A DNA stretch of 64,000 nucleotides from Rudaea sp. (GTDB taxonomy: Bacteria; Pseudomonadota; Gammaproteobacteria; Xanthomonadales; Rhodanobacteraceae). Shown piece by piece: positions 9,273-21,043 of the stretch. Both the position numbers and the translations under genes were made by a program. Position 1 is the stretch's first letter, and each line of letters starts with the position of its first letter. The notes under the pieces are model-generated. The model searched no databases. It saw nothing but the letters and a program-made list of their open reading frames with translations, and was not told the DNA's origin. Location of the stretch: contig JARLJU010000132.1 of NCBI GenBank assembly GCA_031291055.1, positions 39,427-103,426 on the forward strand, read 5' to 3'.

Positions 9273-10682
9273 ATGTCTGCTGCCAATGTCGAAAAACTGA
9301 TCAAGGAAAACAAGGTCCTATTCGTCGATCTGCGCTTTGCCGACATGCTCGGCAAACAGCATCACGTCACTTTTCCCGCGCACGCCATCGACGCCTCCCT
9401 GTTCGAGGACGGCAAGATGTTCGATGGCTCGTCGATCACCGGCTGGAAGGGCATCAATGATTCGGACATGGTGCTGATGCCGGATCCCGGCAGCGCCGTG
9501 CTCGATCCGTTCACTGCCGATGCGACCCTGATCCTGACCTGCGACGTGCTCGAACCCAGCACGATGCAGGCCTATTCGCGCTGCCCGCGCTCGATCGCGC
9601 GGCGTGCCGAGTCCTACCTGAAATCCACCGGCATTGCCGACACGGCGTTCTTCGGTCCCGAGCCCGAGTTCTTCATTTTTGATTCGGTGCGCTGGACCAA
9701 CGAGATGCGCGGCGCGTCCTTCCAGATCGACTCCGAAGAAGCGGCGTGGAGTTCCAACCGCAAGTTCGAGGACGGCAATTCCGGCCACCGTCCCGGGATC
9801 AAGGGCGGCTATTTTCCGGTGGCGCCGGTGGATTCGCTGGGCGACCTGCGCGGCGAGATGTGCAAGGCGCTGGAGGCGATGGGCCTGATCGTCGAGGTGC
9901 ACCATCATGAAGTCGCCACCGCCGGTCAGTGCGAGATCGGCACCAAGTTCAGTACCCTCGTGCACAAGGGCGACGAGCTGCTGTCGCTGAAATACGTGAT
10001 CCGTAATGTGGCGCGCAGCAACGGCAAGACCGCGACCTTCATGCCCAAGCCGATCGTCGGCGACAACGGTTCCGGCATGCACGTGCATCAGTCCCTGGCC
10101 AAGGGCGGCACCAACCTTTTTGCCGGCGATCTGTATGGCGGACTGTCGCAGACCGCGCTGTACTACATCGGTGGCATTTTCAAGCATGCGCGCGCGATCA
10201 ACGCCTTTACCAACTCGACCACCAACAGCTACAAGCGCCTGGTGCCGGGCTATGAGGCACCGGTGATGCTGGCGTATTCGGCGCGCAATCGTTCGGCGAG
10301 CTGCCGCATTCCCTTCGTGCACTCGCCCAAGGCACGCCGTATCGAAGTGCGTTTCCCCGATCCGATGAACTCCGGCTACCTCGCCTTCACCGCGCTGATG
10401 ATGGCTGGCCTCGACGGCATCCTCAACATGATCGATCCCGGTGCGCCGCTGGACAAGGATCTGTACGACCTGCCGCCGGAAGAGGAAAAGCACATTCCCA
10501 CGGTGTGCAGCAGTCTGGACCAGGCCCTGGAAGCGCTCGACAAGGATCGCGGCTTTCTCAAGGCCGGCGGCGTGTTGAGCGACGACTTCATCGACGCCTA
10601 CATCGAAACCAAGATGCAGGAAGTCACCCGCTTCCGAGCGGCGACGCATCCGATCGAGTATCAGATGTACTACAGCATTTGA
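9273..10682 (+). CDS. glnA: Glutamine synthetase type I
   Basis: [47 protein letters not shown], adenylylation site KDLYDLP. Confidence 0.98.
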   Translation: MSAANVEKLIKENKVLFVDLRFADMLGKQHHVTFPAHAIDASLFEDGKMFDGSSITGWKGINDSDMVLMPDPGSAVLDPFTADATLILTCDVLEPSTMQAYSRCPRSIARRAESYLKSTGIADTAFFGPEPEFFIFDSVRWTNEMRGASFQIDSEEAAWSSNRKFEDGNSGHRPGIKGGYFPVAPVDSLGDLRGEMCKALEAMGLIVEVHHHEVATAGQCEIGTKFSTLVHKGDELLSLKYVIRNVARSNGKTATFMPKPIVGDNGSGMHVHQSLAKGGTNLFAGDLYGGLSQTALYYIGGIFKHARAINAFTNSTTNSYKRLVPGYEAPVMLAYSARNRSASCRIPFVHSPKARRIEVRFPDPMNSGYLAFTALMMAGLDGILNMIDPGAPLDKDLYDLPPEEEKHIPTVCSSLDQALEALDKDRGFLKAGGVLSDDFIDAYIETKMQEVTRFRAATHPIEYQMYYSI

Positions 10683-10709
10683 GGCGCACCCGGCGGGCCG
10701 GCTAAAACG

Positions 10710-11429
10710 TCAGCGTCGTCCAGTGTTGGACGACGCGCGTCTGGTGCTCCAGCAGCGCAGCAGCGTGCGCACGTAGGATGGAATGAATTTCACTACGCGC
10801 GCTTTCGACACGCCGGCTTCGCGCGGATGGTAGTGGAAGGGAATTTCGTGAATGCGCAGGCCTTGGACGCAGGCCAGTGCAACGATTTCGGGGAGTACGT
10901 CGAAGTAGTCGCCGCGCGGCGCCAGCATCTGCAGCGCACTGCGGCGGTAGATGCGAAAGCCACTGGACAGATCACGCGTCTGCAAGCCCAGCACGAGCGC
11001 GAATACGCGATTCAATATCGTGCTCAACAAGCGTCGGGTGACTGGCATGTCGGCGCTACCGCCCCGAACATAGCGTGAGGCTACGACGATATCGGCGCCG
11101 TCGCCCGCTCGGATCAGTTCTTCAAAGAAATCCGGGCGATGGGAAAAATCCGCATCCAGCGTTAGAATGAAACCGCCCGTACATTCGCTGAAGCCCTGGC
11201 GCAGGGCGTTGGCATAGCCGGACGCCTGCTGGGGCACAACGCGTGCACGATGCCGCGCGGCTACCGCAGCCGTTCCATCGGGCGAGTCCGCATCGACCAC
11301 GATGATCTCGAACGGTTTGCTCATCCGAGTGAGCGTTGCCGCGATGTGCGGCAAGAGCTCGTCGAGATTCTTCGCCTCGTTCCGCGCGAGAATGAGCACC
11401 GACAATAACTCGTCCTGCGCAGCGTCCAC
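10710..11429 (-). CDS. GT2 glycosyltransferase, polyprenol-phosphate sugar synthase (DPM1/Ppm1-like)
   Basis: LSVLILARNE, VVDADSPDGT, LDADFSH, ASRY..GG, DLSSGFRIYR, R..GVSK. Confidence 0.85.
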   Translation of the reverse strand: MDAAQDELLSVLILARNEAKNLDELLPHIAATLTRMSKPFEIIVVDADSPDGTAAVAARHRARVVPQQASGYANALRQGFSECTGGFILTLDADFSHRPDFFEELIRAGDGADIVVASRYVRGGSADMPVTRRLLSTILNRVFALVLGLQTRDLSSGFRIYRRSALQMLAPRGDYFDVLPEIVALACVQGLRIHEIPFHYHPREAGVSKARVVKFIPSYVRTLLRCWSTRRASSNTGRR

Positions 11430-11432
11430 GCC

Positions 11433-13277
11433 CTAGTTTTCCAGCATCAGAGTGACGTCGATCAAACGGAACGTGCCCGGTCGCACGTCGGGGTCGAAAC
11501 GGAAGTGATCGATCTTGTCGTAAACCCAGAAGGTAGCCGTTTGCTCGCCTGCGGGCCGCGTGACCATCGCGTTGCGGCGAACCACGTCGAATTCCTCTCC
11601 GGCTGCCGAGAATTTCCAGAAGACCTGGGTCATTGCAGGTCCCGCATTGCCGTTGTCGACAGTGTAGTGAAGGGTTATCGCGCAGACTCGAAGCGCTTCC
11701 GGCAGCGCGTAGACAACATGGGGGTCGGTTCCGAGGCTGCGGTCCGCATCGCCGTCGAACTCGACCTGGTTGGACCCGATCATATGGTACGGCACGTGCG
11801 CTTCATGGCAGGCAGGCTCCGCCGGCGCCGCAGCAATGTTCTTGTAAGGGCCAACGCGAGCCGCGAGCATCATTTCCAGGCGCGCAGCCATGGGCTCGCT
11901 CTGCGGATAGATTGCCGGCCAATAACGTTGGGCAAGCGCGCGTGGTGGAACGCCTGCGGCGACATCGGCCAGCAGCGCATCGGATGTCGCGTCGCGAAAG
12001 CGTGCGTACGCCAATCCTGTCCATGCGTTGGGCAGCAGCATCGCCCCGGCACCCGTGAACAACGCAATCTCGATCAGGCGCCCGCGGAATCGTGCTCCGA
12101 ACTGGATTGCCGCAAGGAAAACCAGGCAAAGCGCAGGAACACAAAGCAGGCAGTAGCGGCCTGGAAAACCGCCTCCCGGATAGATGCCTCGCCCATAGCC
12201 GATGCCGAAAACGAGCAGGCCGGTCGCGGCCAGACATGCCAGATATCCGCTGGCGCGGACGCGCTCGCTTCGGTAACGCTTGGCGAGCATCACCAGTCCA
12301 ATGGCGACGACAACACAGGTTGCCGCCACACCAAGACCGAGCAGCGGCCAGAGCTTCGCACCGGCCGGCCCGAACGAAATACACAGCACTTCAAGCGCTG
12401 CCCGCAGCGTCCCTGGCACGGTATGCGGCAACGCGGCCATCAGTGGTGGCTGATAGTGGACGAAATACAGCGCCGAGATTGCCAGTGCGATGATCCCGGC
12501 GATCGCGAGCGGCCAGGCGATCGGGGCGTTCGCGCGGCGGGCCCATGCCGCATAAGCCATCCATGCGATCAGTGGTGGCGCGAGCAGGATCCCCATCGCA
12601 CCGTTGAGCGGCAGCAGCAGCACGCACATGCCCAGCGTCACCGCGCCGCGACCGCTCTGCCAACGGCCGGTGACGATCGACAGCAACGCGGCGGAGAACA
12701 GCGCGATGGGCAGCACGAACCATAGCTGCGCGAAGAAAATCAGACTCTCACTGTGACCCCAGTGCAACAGCGCCAGCGGAAAGAATGCATCCGCGAATGC
12801 GGCGCGCCCACGCAGCAGACGCGCGACATGCAGGTAGGCATATGCCAGGGCGATCAGGAGCAGATCGGTTATCCACATCGCCCCTCTGAAGTCGCCGCCA
12901 CTTGCCAGCCAGATCGGATAAAGCAGGGCCTTGCCCAGTATGTAGCGATGTTCGAGGTTCTGCTCCAGCAGCCATTGCAGATTGAACGGATGCGCGCCCG
13001 TGAGTACCGCAATCTGTTCCCAATCGTCCCAATAGGGAGTATTGCGCCCGAAGGCATAGACATAGGCCAGCAACGCTGCCGAAAGAACGAGCCAGGTGGC
13101 ATTTACGAAGATTCGTTCTGCGCGGTCGTCAAGTCGCAGATGGGCGGGTTCGATCGATGGGGCTTGCATTCGGTCCGAGGATAGCAAATCCCGTGGAAGA
13201 TGACTGGCGGCGGTCACCGGCATCGGTGTTTGCGCGTCAGGACGCGCGATGTCAGGACTGGCACGCAGTTCGGACAT
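11433..13277 (-). CDS. Multi-pass membrane protein with C-terminal soluble domain (putative GT-C type glycosyltransferase)
   Basis: Many hydrophobic segments; PYWDDW acidic motif after first TM helix; RY motif in late loop; immediately upstream of GT2 on the same strand. Confidence 0.6.
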   Translation of the reverse strand: MSELRASPDIARPDAQTPMPVTAASHLPRDLLSSDRMQAPSIEPAHLRLDDRAERIFVNATWLVLSAALLAYVYAFGRNTPYWDDWEQIAVLTGAHPFNLQWLLEQNLEHRYILGKALLYPIWLASGGDFRGAMWITDLLLIALAYAYLHVARLLRGRAAFADAFFPLALLHWGHSESLIFFAQLWFVLPIALFSAALLSIVTGRWQSGRGAVTLGMCVLLLPLNGAMGILLAPPLIAWMAYAAWARRANAPIAWPLAIAGIIALAISALYFVHYQPPLMAALPHTVPGTLRAALEVLCISFGPAGAKLWPLLGLGVAATCVVVAIGLVMLAKRYRSERVRASGYLACLAATGLLVFGIGYGRGIYPGGGFPGRYCLLCVPALCLVFLAAIQFGARFRGRLIEIALFTGAGAMLLPNAWTGLAYARFRDATSDALLADVAAGVPPRALAQRYWPAIYPQSEPMAARLEMMLAARVGPYKNIAAAPAEPACHEAHVPYHMIGSNQVEFDGDADRSLGTDPHVVYALPEALRVCAITLHYTVDNGNAGPAMTQVFWKFSAAGEEFDVVRRNAMVTRPAGEQTATFWVYDKIDHFRFDPDVRPGTFRLIDVTLMLEN

Positions 13278-13343
13278 CTAGCCGTCCAACTCGAAAACGG
13301 CACAGGGCAGCCCTGCGTCTGCAAGGTGATTAGCAAAAATGTA

Positions 13344-13373
13344 TTGACATCCCGTGCGCGATTGGTTTAGGGT
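13344..13373 (+). promoter_or_regulatory. Sigma70 promoter of the leu/ilv operon
   Basis: TTGACA (13344-13349), 18 nt, TAGGGT (13368-13373). Confidence 0.65.
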
Positions 13374-13379
13374 CGGTCC

Positions 13380-13532
13380 ATGTCGCACCGCAGCAGCGCC
13401 AGCAGCATGGCCCTACACAACCAGTTCGCACCGGTTGCGCGGCTTGCTGATTTGATCGGGCGCGACGCTCGCCTTGCTGCAATTCTCGTCCTCGTACTCG
13501 TACTTCTTATTACCAACGGAGGTGCGGGTTAG
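13380..13532 (+). CDS. Branched-chain amino acid operon leader peptide (attenuator)
   Basis: MSHRSSASSMALHNQFAPVARLADLIGRDARLAAILVLVLVLLITNGGAG*; run of 10 Ile/Leu/Val codons; alternative start at 13407. Confidence 0.85.
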   Translation: MSHRSSASSMALHNQFAPVARLADLIGRDARLAAILVLVLVLLITNGGAG

Positions 13533-13563
13533 GGCGCGTCTAAGTAACACAAGACGAAATTCC

Positions 13564-13600
13564 AAAACCCCGCACCCGGAAACGGAGGCGGGGTTTTTTT
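13564..13600 (+). terminator. Attenuator terminator hairpin of leu/ilv leader
   Basis: AAAACCCCGC...GCGGGG followed by T7; upstream GGTGCGGGTT (13521-13530) can pair with AACCCCGCACC as antiterminator. Confidence 0.9.
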
Positions 13601-13628
13601 ATGCCCAAAGCCCGCGACAAGCGGACCC

Positions 13629-15248
13629 ATGAGCCAAAATCAAGAACCCCAGCAGGTAGTACCGCCGCCCGTACGCGACCGCGTGCGCGTATTTGACACC
13701 ACCCTGCGTGATGGCGAGCAGGCGCCCGGCTTTTCGATGAGCCGCGCGCAGAAGCTGCGCATGGCGCAATCGCTGGCCGAGCTCGGCGTCGACGTGATCG
13801 AGGCCGGATTCCCACAGGCGTCGGATGGGGATTTCGACTCAGTGCGAGCGATCGCCGCCGAGATTCGCGGGCCGACCATCTGTGGCCTCGCACGGGCGCA
13901 GTTTGCCGACATCGAAGCGGTGGCACGCGCGACCGGAAAAGCCGGGCGCGCACGCATCCATATTTTCCTGGCAACCAGCCCGATCCACCGCCGGCACAAA
14001 CTCAACATGAGCCGCGAGCAGGTGCTGGAGACCGGTTTCAAGGCCGTGCGCCGCGCGCGTGAACTTTGCGACGACGTGGAATTTTCCGCCGAGGATGCGA
14101 TTCGCACCGAACCGGAATTCCTGATCGAGGCGCTGTCGATCATGATCGAAGCGGGCGCGACCACGATCAATGTGCCCGATACAGTCGGCTACACGACTCC
14201 GGACGAGATCGGCGCGTTGTTCGCGCGTCTGAAGCGCGAAGTGCGCGGCATCGATGGCGTTGTGCTCAGCGCGCATTGCCACAACGACCTGGGTCTCGGC
14301 GTCGCCAACAGTCTCGCCGCACTTGCTGCCGGCGCGCGCCAGGTTGAATGCACGATCAGCGGCATCGGCGAACGCGCCGGCAACGCCGCTCTCGAGGAGA
14401 TCGTCATGGCGTTGCGCACGCGCGCGGACTGCTTTGGTCTGGATACCGGCATCCGCACGCCGCTGCTGTATCCCACCTCGCGCCTGCTTGCGCATCTGGT
14501 CGGCGCCACGATTCCGCGCAACAAGGCGATCGTCGGCGACAACGCGTTTGCGCACGAGTCCGGCATCCATCAGCACGGCATGCTCAAGAATCGCGAGACT
14601 TACGAAATCATGCGGCCCGAGGATGTGGGTTTCTCGCGCACGCAACTGGTTCTGGGCAAGCATTCGGGCCGGCATGCGCTGCGCGAGCGGCTGCTCGGCC
14701 TCGGCCACGAACTCGACGATGCGCAGCTCGACGAGCTGTTCACTCGCTTCAAGACCCTCGCCGACAAGAAGCGCGAAGTGTTCGACAGCGACCTCGATGC
14801 GCTTGCGCTCGGCCAGGATCCCGAAGCGCTGGGTCCGTGGCGCCTGGAGCACCTGCACGCATCGACGCACCTGGGCGGCAGCGCCTCGGCCTCGGTCAAG
14901 CTCAAGCATGAAGACGGCCGCCTGTCGGCTGAAGCGGCGATTGGCGATGGCCCCGTGCATGCAGTACTGCGGGCTATAGAGCGCGCATCCGGGATCAACC
15001 TCGACATCGCGGATTTCCAGGTACGTTCACTCAGCTTCGGCGCCGACGCCCAGGGCCGCGCCACGCTGGGTGTGCGCCATGACGGCCGCGAGCTGCGCGG
15101 CCGCGGCACCTCGACCGACATCGTCGAGGCGACAGCGCTCGCCGCGCTGGAGGTCGTCAACCGCATCGAACGCCTGAATCAGACGCAACTGAATCACGTT
15201 CAATCGAGTCAGCAACCCCCATTGCCGGCCGCGGCAAACCACGTTTGA
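13629..15248 (+). CDS. leuA: 2-isopropylmalate synthase
   Basis: [36 protein letters not shown]-terminal regulatory domain (GDGPV). Confidence 0.96.
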   Translation: MSQNQEPQQVVPPPVRDRVRVFDTTLRDGEQAPGFSMSRAQKLRMAQSLAELGVDVIEAGFPQASDGDFDSVRAIAAEIRGPTICGLARAQFADIEAVARATGKAGRARIHIFLATSPIHRRHKLNMSREQVLETGFKAVRRARELCDDVEFSAEDAIRTEPEFLIEALSIMIEAGATTINVPDTVGYTTPDEIGALFARLKREVRGIDGVVLSAHCHNDLGLGVANSLAALAAGARQVECTISGIGERAGNAALEEIVMALRTRADCFGLDTGIRTPLLYPTSRLLAHLVGATIPRNKAIVGDNAFAHESGIHQHGMLKNRETYEIMRPEDVGFSRTQLVLGKHSGRHALRERLLGLGHELDDAQLDELFTRFKTLADKKREVFDSDLDALALGQDPEALGPWRLEHLHASTHLGGSASASVKLKHEDGRLSAEAAIGDGPVHAVLRAIERASGINLDIADFQVRSLSFGADAQGRATLGVRHDGRELRGRGTSTDIVEATALAALEVVNRIERLNQTQLNHVQSSQQPPLPAAANHV

Positions 15249-15259
15249 AGGAAACGACG

Positions 15260-16276
15260 ATGAAACCGGCCCAACTGATCTGGCACAACGGACGCCTCAA
15301 GCCTTGGACCGAGGCGACCGTGCACGTCGGCGCGCATGCGCTGCACTACGGTTCCTCGGTGTTCGAGGGCATTCGCGTCTACGCCACGCCGCTGGGGCCG
15401 CAGTATTTCCGGCTCGGCGACCACACGCAACGGCTGCTGCTTTCTGCAAAAGTATACGATCTGAAGATTGCGTTCAGCGCCGATCAAATCGATCGCGCCT
15501 GCGAGGCGGTGGTCGCAGCGAATGGCCTGGCCAGCGCCTATGTGCGCCCGATCGCCTACCGTGCCGGATTTACCTTCAGCCTTTCACCGGGTCAGGACGT
15601 GCCGGTCGAGCTGGCGATCATTGCGATCGAATGGGGCTCGATGCATGGCGCCAGGGCGCTGGAAGAAGGCGTGGACGTGTGCGTCAGTTCGTGGAACCGG
15701 GCGGCGCCGAATACCTATCCCACCGGCGTGAAGGCAGGCGGCAACTATCTGTCGAGCCAGTTGATCGCGCAGGAAGCCGTGCGCGGCGGCTTCGCCGAGG
15801 GCATCGCGCTGGCCTCCGGTGGCTTGCTCAGTGAAGGCGCCGGCGAAAACCTGTTCATCGTTCGTGGTGGAAAAATATACACGCCGCCGGTCGGCTGCAG
15901 CATTCTCGCCGGCATCACCCGCGACAGTGTACTGGCGCTGGCGCACGACCTCGGCATCGATGTAGTCGAACAGGTGCTGCCACGAGAATTTTTATACTTT
16001 GCCGACGAAGTGTTCATGACCGGTACCGCGGCTGAAATCACGCCGGTGCGCTCGGTGGATCGCAAGCCGGTCGGCAACGGTCAGCCGGGAGCAATCACCC
16101 GGGCCCTGCAAAAAGCGTTCTTCGGTCTGTTCGATGGGACGACTGCCGATTGCCGCGGCTGGCTGACACCGGTCGATTGCACAGAGCAAGCAAGAGTTGA
16201 AACGTGCGGCCATGGAAGACCGCTTCCTGGTCCTCGCGATCAGGGGCGAGCGCAAGAACAAACGGAGGCAGCATGA
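15260..16276 (+). CDS. ilvE: Branched-chain amino acid aminotransferase
   Basis: [20 protein letters not shown] (PLP Lys), [23 protein letters not shown]. Confidence 0.95.
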   Translation: MKPAQLIWHNGRLKPWTEATVHVGAHALHYGSSVFEGIRVYATPLGPQYFRLGDHTQRLLLSAKVYDLKIAFSADQIDRACEAVVAANGLASAYVRPIAYRAGFTFSLSPGQDVPVELAIIAIEWGSMHGARALEEGVDVCVSSWNRAAPNTYPTGVKAGGNYLSSQLIAQEAVRGGFAEGIALASGGLLSEGAGENLFIVRGGKIYTPPVGCSILAGITRDSVLALAHDLGIDVVEQVLPREFLYFADEVFMTGTAAEITPVRSVDRKPVGNGQPGAITRALQKAFFGLFDGTTADCRGWLTPVDCTEQARVETCGHGRPLPGPRDQGRAQEQTEAA

Positions 16277-17685
16277 CCACCCGTACCTTGTTGGACAAGA
16301 TCTGGGACGCGCACCTGGTGCGTGGCGAAACCGAATCGACACCGGCGATCCTCTACGTTGATCTGCACTTGGTGCACGAAGTCACCTCGCCGCAGGCGTT
16401 TTCGGAACTGCGTGCGCGCGGCGCGAACGTGCGCCGACCCGAGCGCGTGCTGGCGACATTCGATCACTCTACGCCGACCCTGCCGCCCAGTGCCGCCGGC
16501 AAGCGCGCCTACGTGACTGCAGAAGCAGAATCGCAGGTTGCGCAACTCGAAGCCAATGCGCGCGAATTCGGCATCGAGCTGCACGGATGGGGCAGTGCGC
16601 ATCGCGGCATCGTGCACGTGATCGGACCCGAACTCGGCGCGACTCAGCCCGGCATGACGATCGTCTGCGGCGACAGCCACACCTCGACGCATGGCGCGTT
16701 CGGCGCGCTCGCCTTCGGCATCGGCACGACCGAGGTCGGACATGTGCTGGCCACGCAGTGTCTGCTGCAACGCAAGCCGAAAGCGTTCGCGATTACGGTC
16801 AATGGCAAGCTGCAGCCAGGCGTCACCGCGAAAGATCTGGTGCTGCATATCATCGGCACGATTGGCGTCAACGGCGGCACCGGGCACGTGCTCGAATATC
16901 GCGGAAATACCATCGAGGCGCTGTCGATGGACGAGCGCATGACGGTCTGCAACATGTCGATCGAAGCCGGTGCGCGCGCCGGCTTGATCGCGCCTGACAA
17001 GACGACGTTCGACTATCTGCAAGGTCGCCGGCACGCTCCGCAGGGCGACGCGTTCGACCGCGCCGTCGCACGCTGGAGCGCATTGAAATCCGATGCCGAT
17101 GCGCGTTTCGACCGCGAGGTGCGAATCGATGCAGCGAAGATCCGGCCGAGCGTCACCTACGGCACGCACCCGGGCATGGTCACGACACTCAATGCGCCGG
17201 TGCCGGCGGCGGCGAACGCGCAGGAACGGCGCGCTCTGGACTATATGCGCGTCGAAGCCGGCAAGTCGTTGCTGGGTACACCGATCGATATCGTTTTCCT
17301 CGGCAGCTGCACGAATTCGCGTTTGTCCGATCTGCGCGCGGCCGCCGAACTATTGCGCGGCCGGCATATTTCTTCCCACGTTCGCATGCTCGTCGTGCCC
17401 GGTTCGGAGCAGATCAAGCGCGATGCGGAGCGCGAAGGTCTGCACGAGGTGTTTCGCAACGCCGGCGCCGAATGGCGCGAAGCGGGGTGCTCGATGTGCC
17501 TGGGCATGAATGGCGACATAGGCCAGCCTGGGCAACTCATCGTCAGCACCAGCAACCGCAACTTCGAGGGACGCCAGGGCCCCGGCGTGCGCACGGTGCT
17601 GGCCAGTCCCTTGGTCGCCGCGGCGTCAGCACTGGCCGGCTGCATCGCCGATCCACGCGAATTCTTCTCGGAGGCCGCCGCATGA
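16273..17685 (+). CDS. leuC: 3-isopropylmalate dehydratase large subunit
   Basis: [48 protein letters not shown]. Confidence 0.97.
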   Translation: MTTRTLLDKIWDAHLVRGETESTPAILYVDLHLVHEVTSPQAFSELRARGANVRRPERVLATFDHSTPTLPPSAAGKRAYVTAEAESQVAQLEANAREFGIELHGWGSAHRGIVHVIGPELGATQPGMTIVCGDSHTSTHGAFGALAFGIGTTEVGHVLATQCLLQRKPKAFAITVNGKLQPGVTAKDLVLHIIGTIGVNGGTGHVLEYRGNTIEALSMDERMTVCNMSIEAGARAGLIAPDKTTFDYLQGRRHAPQGDAFDRAVARWSALKSDADARFDREVRIDAAKIRPSVTYGTHPGMVTTLNAPVPAAANAQERRALDYMRVEAGKSLLGTPIDIVFLGSCTNSRLSDLRAAAELLRGRHISSHVRMLVVPGSEQIKRDAEREGLHEVFRNAGAEWREAGCSMCLGMNGDIGQPGQLIVSTSNRNFEGRQGPGVRTVLASPLVAAASALAGCIADPREFFSEAAA

Positions 17686-18263
17686 AACCCTTCACGCATC
17701 TGCGCTCGCGCACCACGGTGCTGCCCCATGAGAACATCGATACCGATCGCATCATTCCGGCGCGATTTCTCACGACGACCGAACGCACCGGTCTCGGCAA
17801 GGCGCTTTTCAACGACTGGCGTTATCGCGCCGATGGCAGTCCCGATCCGGAGTTCGCGCTCAACCGGGCCGAGGCGCACGGCTGCGAAATCCTCGTCGCC
17901 GGCCGCAATTTCGGCTGCGGCTCCTCGCGGGAACACGCGCCGTGGGCCTTGCTCGATTTCGGCATCCGTGCCGTGATGTCGAGCGAGATTGCCGACATCT
18001 TCCGTGGCAACGCGTTGAAGAACGGTCTGCTCGCGATCGTGCTGAGCGAGTCCGAGCATCGTTATCTGCTCGAACATCCGGGCACCGAGCTGGCGATCGA
18101 TGTTGCCGGGGGCTTCATCGAATTGCCGGATGGCGGCCGCTTCAGTTTCGAGCTCGAACCGTTCGCGCGGCATTGCCTGCTCAGCGGCGTCGACCAACTC
18201 GGGTTTCTGTTGCAGCACGAACGCGAAATTGCGGCGTTCGAGAATTCGAGGGCAGCGGCATGA
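17682..18263 (+). CDS. leuD: 3-isopropylmalate dehydratase small subunit
   Basis: [28 protein letters not shown]. Confidence 0.97.
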   Translation: MKPFTHLRSRTTVLPHENIDTDRIIPARFLTTTERTGLGKALFNDWRYRADGSPDPEFALNRAEAHGCEILVAGRNFGCGSSREHAPWALLDFGIRAVMSSEIADIFRGNALKNGLLAIVLSESEHRYLLEHPGTELAIDVAGGFIELPDGGRFSFELEPFARHCLLSGVDQLGFLLQHEREIAAFENSRAAA

Positions 18264-19333
18264 AGGCGCGGATTGCAGTCCTGCCCGGTGACGGCATCGG
18301 TCCCGAAGTCAGCGCCGCGGCCGTCGCCGTGTTGCGCGCGACCGGTGAATACGCTGCACATGACTTCACTTTCGCCGAGTACGCAATCGGCGGCATCGCG
18401 ATCGATGTGCATGGCGATCCGCTACCGCCGGCGACGCTTGCTGCCTGCAAGTCTGCCGATGCCGTGCTGCTTGGCGCCGTCGGCGGCCCGAAATGGTCGG
18501 ACCCGAATGCGAAAGTGCGCCCCGAACAGGGGCTGCTCGGTCTGCGCGCCGCGCTCGGCGTCTACGCGAACCTGCGGCCGGTGCGCGTACATCCCAGGCT
18601 TGTCGCGCTGTCGCCACTGAAAGATGAAAAATTGCGCAATGTGGATTTGTTGTTCCTGCGCGAACTGACCGGCGGCGCCTATTTCGGCGCAAAGACGCGC
18701 ACCGCCGACGCGGCGACCGATGAATGCAAATACACGGTCACCGAGATCGAACGCATCACCCGGCGTGCGTTTGTCCTTGCCCAGGCACGCAGCAAGCGCG
18801 TGACCTCGGTCGACAAGGCGAATGTGCTGGAAACATCGCGCCTGTGGCGCAGTACGGTGACGCGCATCGCCCTGGACTACCCGGACGTGGCGCTCGAGCA
18901 TCAGCTGGTCGATTCGATGGCGATGCTGCTGCTGACGCGTCCTGCCGCCTACGACGTCATCGTCACCGAAAACCTGTTCGGCGACATTCTGACCGACGAA
19001 GCGGCGGCGCTGGCCGGTTCGCTTGGCCTGCTGCCATCGGCTTCGCTCGGCGATGGCAAGGTCGGCTTGTACGAGCCGATTCACGGCTCCGCGCCCGATA
19101 TCGCCGGCAAGGGCTTGGCCAATCCGCTCGGCGCCATCCTGAGCGCCGCGCTGCTGTTGCGTCATTCGCTCGGACTCGAAAACGAGGCCACGGCGATTGA
19201 GTCCGCAGTCGGCGCCGTGATCGAACGTGGCGTATTGACCAGCGATCTTGGTGGCAGTGCAACCACAGCCGAGGTGACGTCGGCCGTGGTGGAGGCGTTG
19301 CAGCACGGCCGTCGTTCGCAGGAGGCCGCATGA
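18260..19333 (+). CDS. leuB: 3-isopropylmalate dehydrogenase
   Basis: [45 protein letters not shown]. Confidence 0.97.
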   Translation: MKARIAVLPGDGIGPEVSAAAVAVLRATGEYAAHDFTFAEYAIGGIAIDVHGDPLPPATLAACKSADAVLLGAVGGPKWSDPNAKVRPEQGLLGLRAALGVYANLRPVRVHPRLVALSPLKDEKLRNVDLLFLRELTGGAYFGAKTRTADAATDECKYTVTEIERITRRAFVLAQARSKRVTSVDKANVLETSRLWRSTVTRIALDYPDVALEHQLVDSMAMLLLTRPAAYDVIVTENLFGDILTDEAAALAGSLGLLPSASLGDGKVGLYEPIHGSAPDIAGKGLANPLGAILSAALLLRHSLGLENEATAIESAVGAVIERGVLTSDLGGSATTAEVTSAVVEALQHGRRSQEAA

Positions 19334-21012
19334 CGCGCGACGGCGAATCCGCACCTCGCGCCATGCGCAGCGACCTGATCAAGGCCGGTCCGGACCATGC
19401 GCCCGCACGCGCAATGCTCCGCGCGACCGGTCTGGACGACGCGGCGATCGCGCGGCCGCTGGTCGGCGTCGTGCACAGCTGGTCGAACGTCTCGCCATGC
19501 AATCTGAATCTGCGCGATCTTGCCGCGGCTGCCTGCGAAGGTGTGCGCGCAGCCGGCGGCACGCCGTTCGAGTTCAACACGATCGCTGTCACCGACGGCA
19601 TTGCGATGGGCTCGCCGGGCATGCGCGCCTCGCTGGTCAGTCGCGAAGTGATCGCGGATTCGATCGAGCTGGCGATCGAAGGCCATTGCCTGGACGCCGT
19701 GCTCGTGCTGTGCGGTTGCGACAAAACGATTCCCGCCGCCGCGATGGCGCTGGCGCGTATGAATCTTCCCGGACTGGCGCTGTATGGTGGCAGCATCGCG
19801 CACGGCACGCTCAACGGCCGATCGATCACGATCCAGGACGTGTTCGAGGCAGTCGGCGCGCACGGTGCAGGCAAGCTGTCCGATGGGCGATTGCGCGAGG
19901 TCGAGAAGCGCGCCTGTCCCGGCGCCGGCGCCTGCGGCGGCCAGTTCACGGCCAATACGATGGCGATGGTGCTCACCGCCCTGGGCCTTTCGCCGCTCGG
20001 CGCAAACGATGTGCCTGCCACGCATCCCGACAAACGGGCCGTCGCCCGTCGCTGCGGCGAACTGGTCATGCAGTGCCTGAAGTCGAATCTGCGCCCGCGC
20101 GACGTGCTGACGCCGGCCGCATTCAACAACGCGGCGCGGCTCGCCGCCGCGACCGCAGGTTCGACCAATGCGGTATTGCATCTGCTCGCGATCGCACACG
20201 AAGCGGAGCAGCCGCTGGATCTGGAATTGTTCGAGCGCATGTCGCGCAGCACGCCCGTGATCGCCGATCTCAAACCGGCGGGACGCTACACCGCGGTCGA
20301 GCTCACGGCCGCCGGTGGCACCGCAACCGTCGCGCGCGAATTGCACAAAGGTGGATTATTGGAAAATGCACCAACGGTGACCGGACGCAGTCTGTTCGAT
20401 GAACTGGTGGCCGCGCCACCCGCGCCGGCGGATCAACAAGTCGTGAGGTCGCTGTCCGCGCCGCTCAAGCCGCATGGCGGCTACTCGATTCTCTATGGCA
20501 ACCTGGCGCCGGAGGGCTGCGTGCTCAAGCTTGCCGGCCAGGGCATCGCGCATTTTTCGGGTCCGGCGCGCGTGTTCGACAGCGAGGAAGAATGTTTCGC
20601 CGCGGTGCAGGCCGGAAAGATCGCCGCTGGCGATGTGGTTGTGATCCGCAACGAAGGGCCAGCCGGCGGTCCCGGCATGCGCGAGATGCTGGCGGTCACG
20701 GCAGCGCTGGTCGGCCGCGGACTTGGTGGTTCGGTGGCGTTGATCACGGATGGTCGTTTCAGCGGCGCCACGCACGGGTTCATGGTGGGCCACATCGCGC
20801 CGGAAGCGGCGCGCGGGGGTCCGCTCGCGCTGCTGCAGGACGGCGATCGCATCGTGATCGATGCGCACAAGCGCCGTCTGGATACCGATGCCGATCTTGC
20901 CACGCGCCGAGCCGGCTGGCGCGCCCAGCCGCCGCGGATCGTGCGCGGCGTGCTGGCCAAATACGCCAAAACCGTCGGCTCCGCGTCGCGCGGGGCAGTC
21001 TTCGAACTCTGA
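19330..21012 (+). CDS. ilvD: Dihydroxy-acid dehydratase
   Basis: [37 protein letters not shown]. Confidence 0.96.
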   Translation: MTRDGESAPRAMRSDLIKAGPDHAPARAMLRATGLDDAAIARPLVGVVHSWSNVSPCNLNLRDLAAAACEGVRAAGGTPFEFNTIAVTDGIAMGSPGMRASLVSREVIADSIELAIEGHCLDAVLVLCGCDKTIPAAAMALARMNLPGLALYGGSIAHGTLNGRSITIQDVFEAVGAHGAGKLSDGRLREVEKRACPGAGACGGQFTANTMAMVLTALGLSPLGANDVPATHPDKRAVARRCGELVMQCLKSNLRPRDVLTPAAFNNAARLAAATAGSTNAVLHLLAIAHEAEQPLDLELFERMSRSTPVIADLKPAGRYTAVELTAAGGTATVARELHKGGLLENAPTVTGRSLFDELVAAPPAPADQQVVRSLSAPLKPHGGYSILYGNLAPEGCVLKLAGQGIAHFSGPARVFDSEEECFAAVQAGKIAAGDVVVIRNEGPAGGPGMREMLAVTAALVGRGLGGSVALITDGRFSGATHGFMVGHIAPEAARGGPLALLQDGDRIVIDAHKRRLDTDADLATRRAGWRAQPPRIVRGVLAKYAKTVGSASRGAVFEL

Positions 21013-21043
21013 GTTCCCATTATCCAATTGTGGAGAAAGCATC

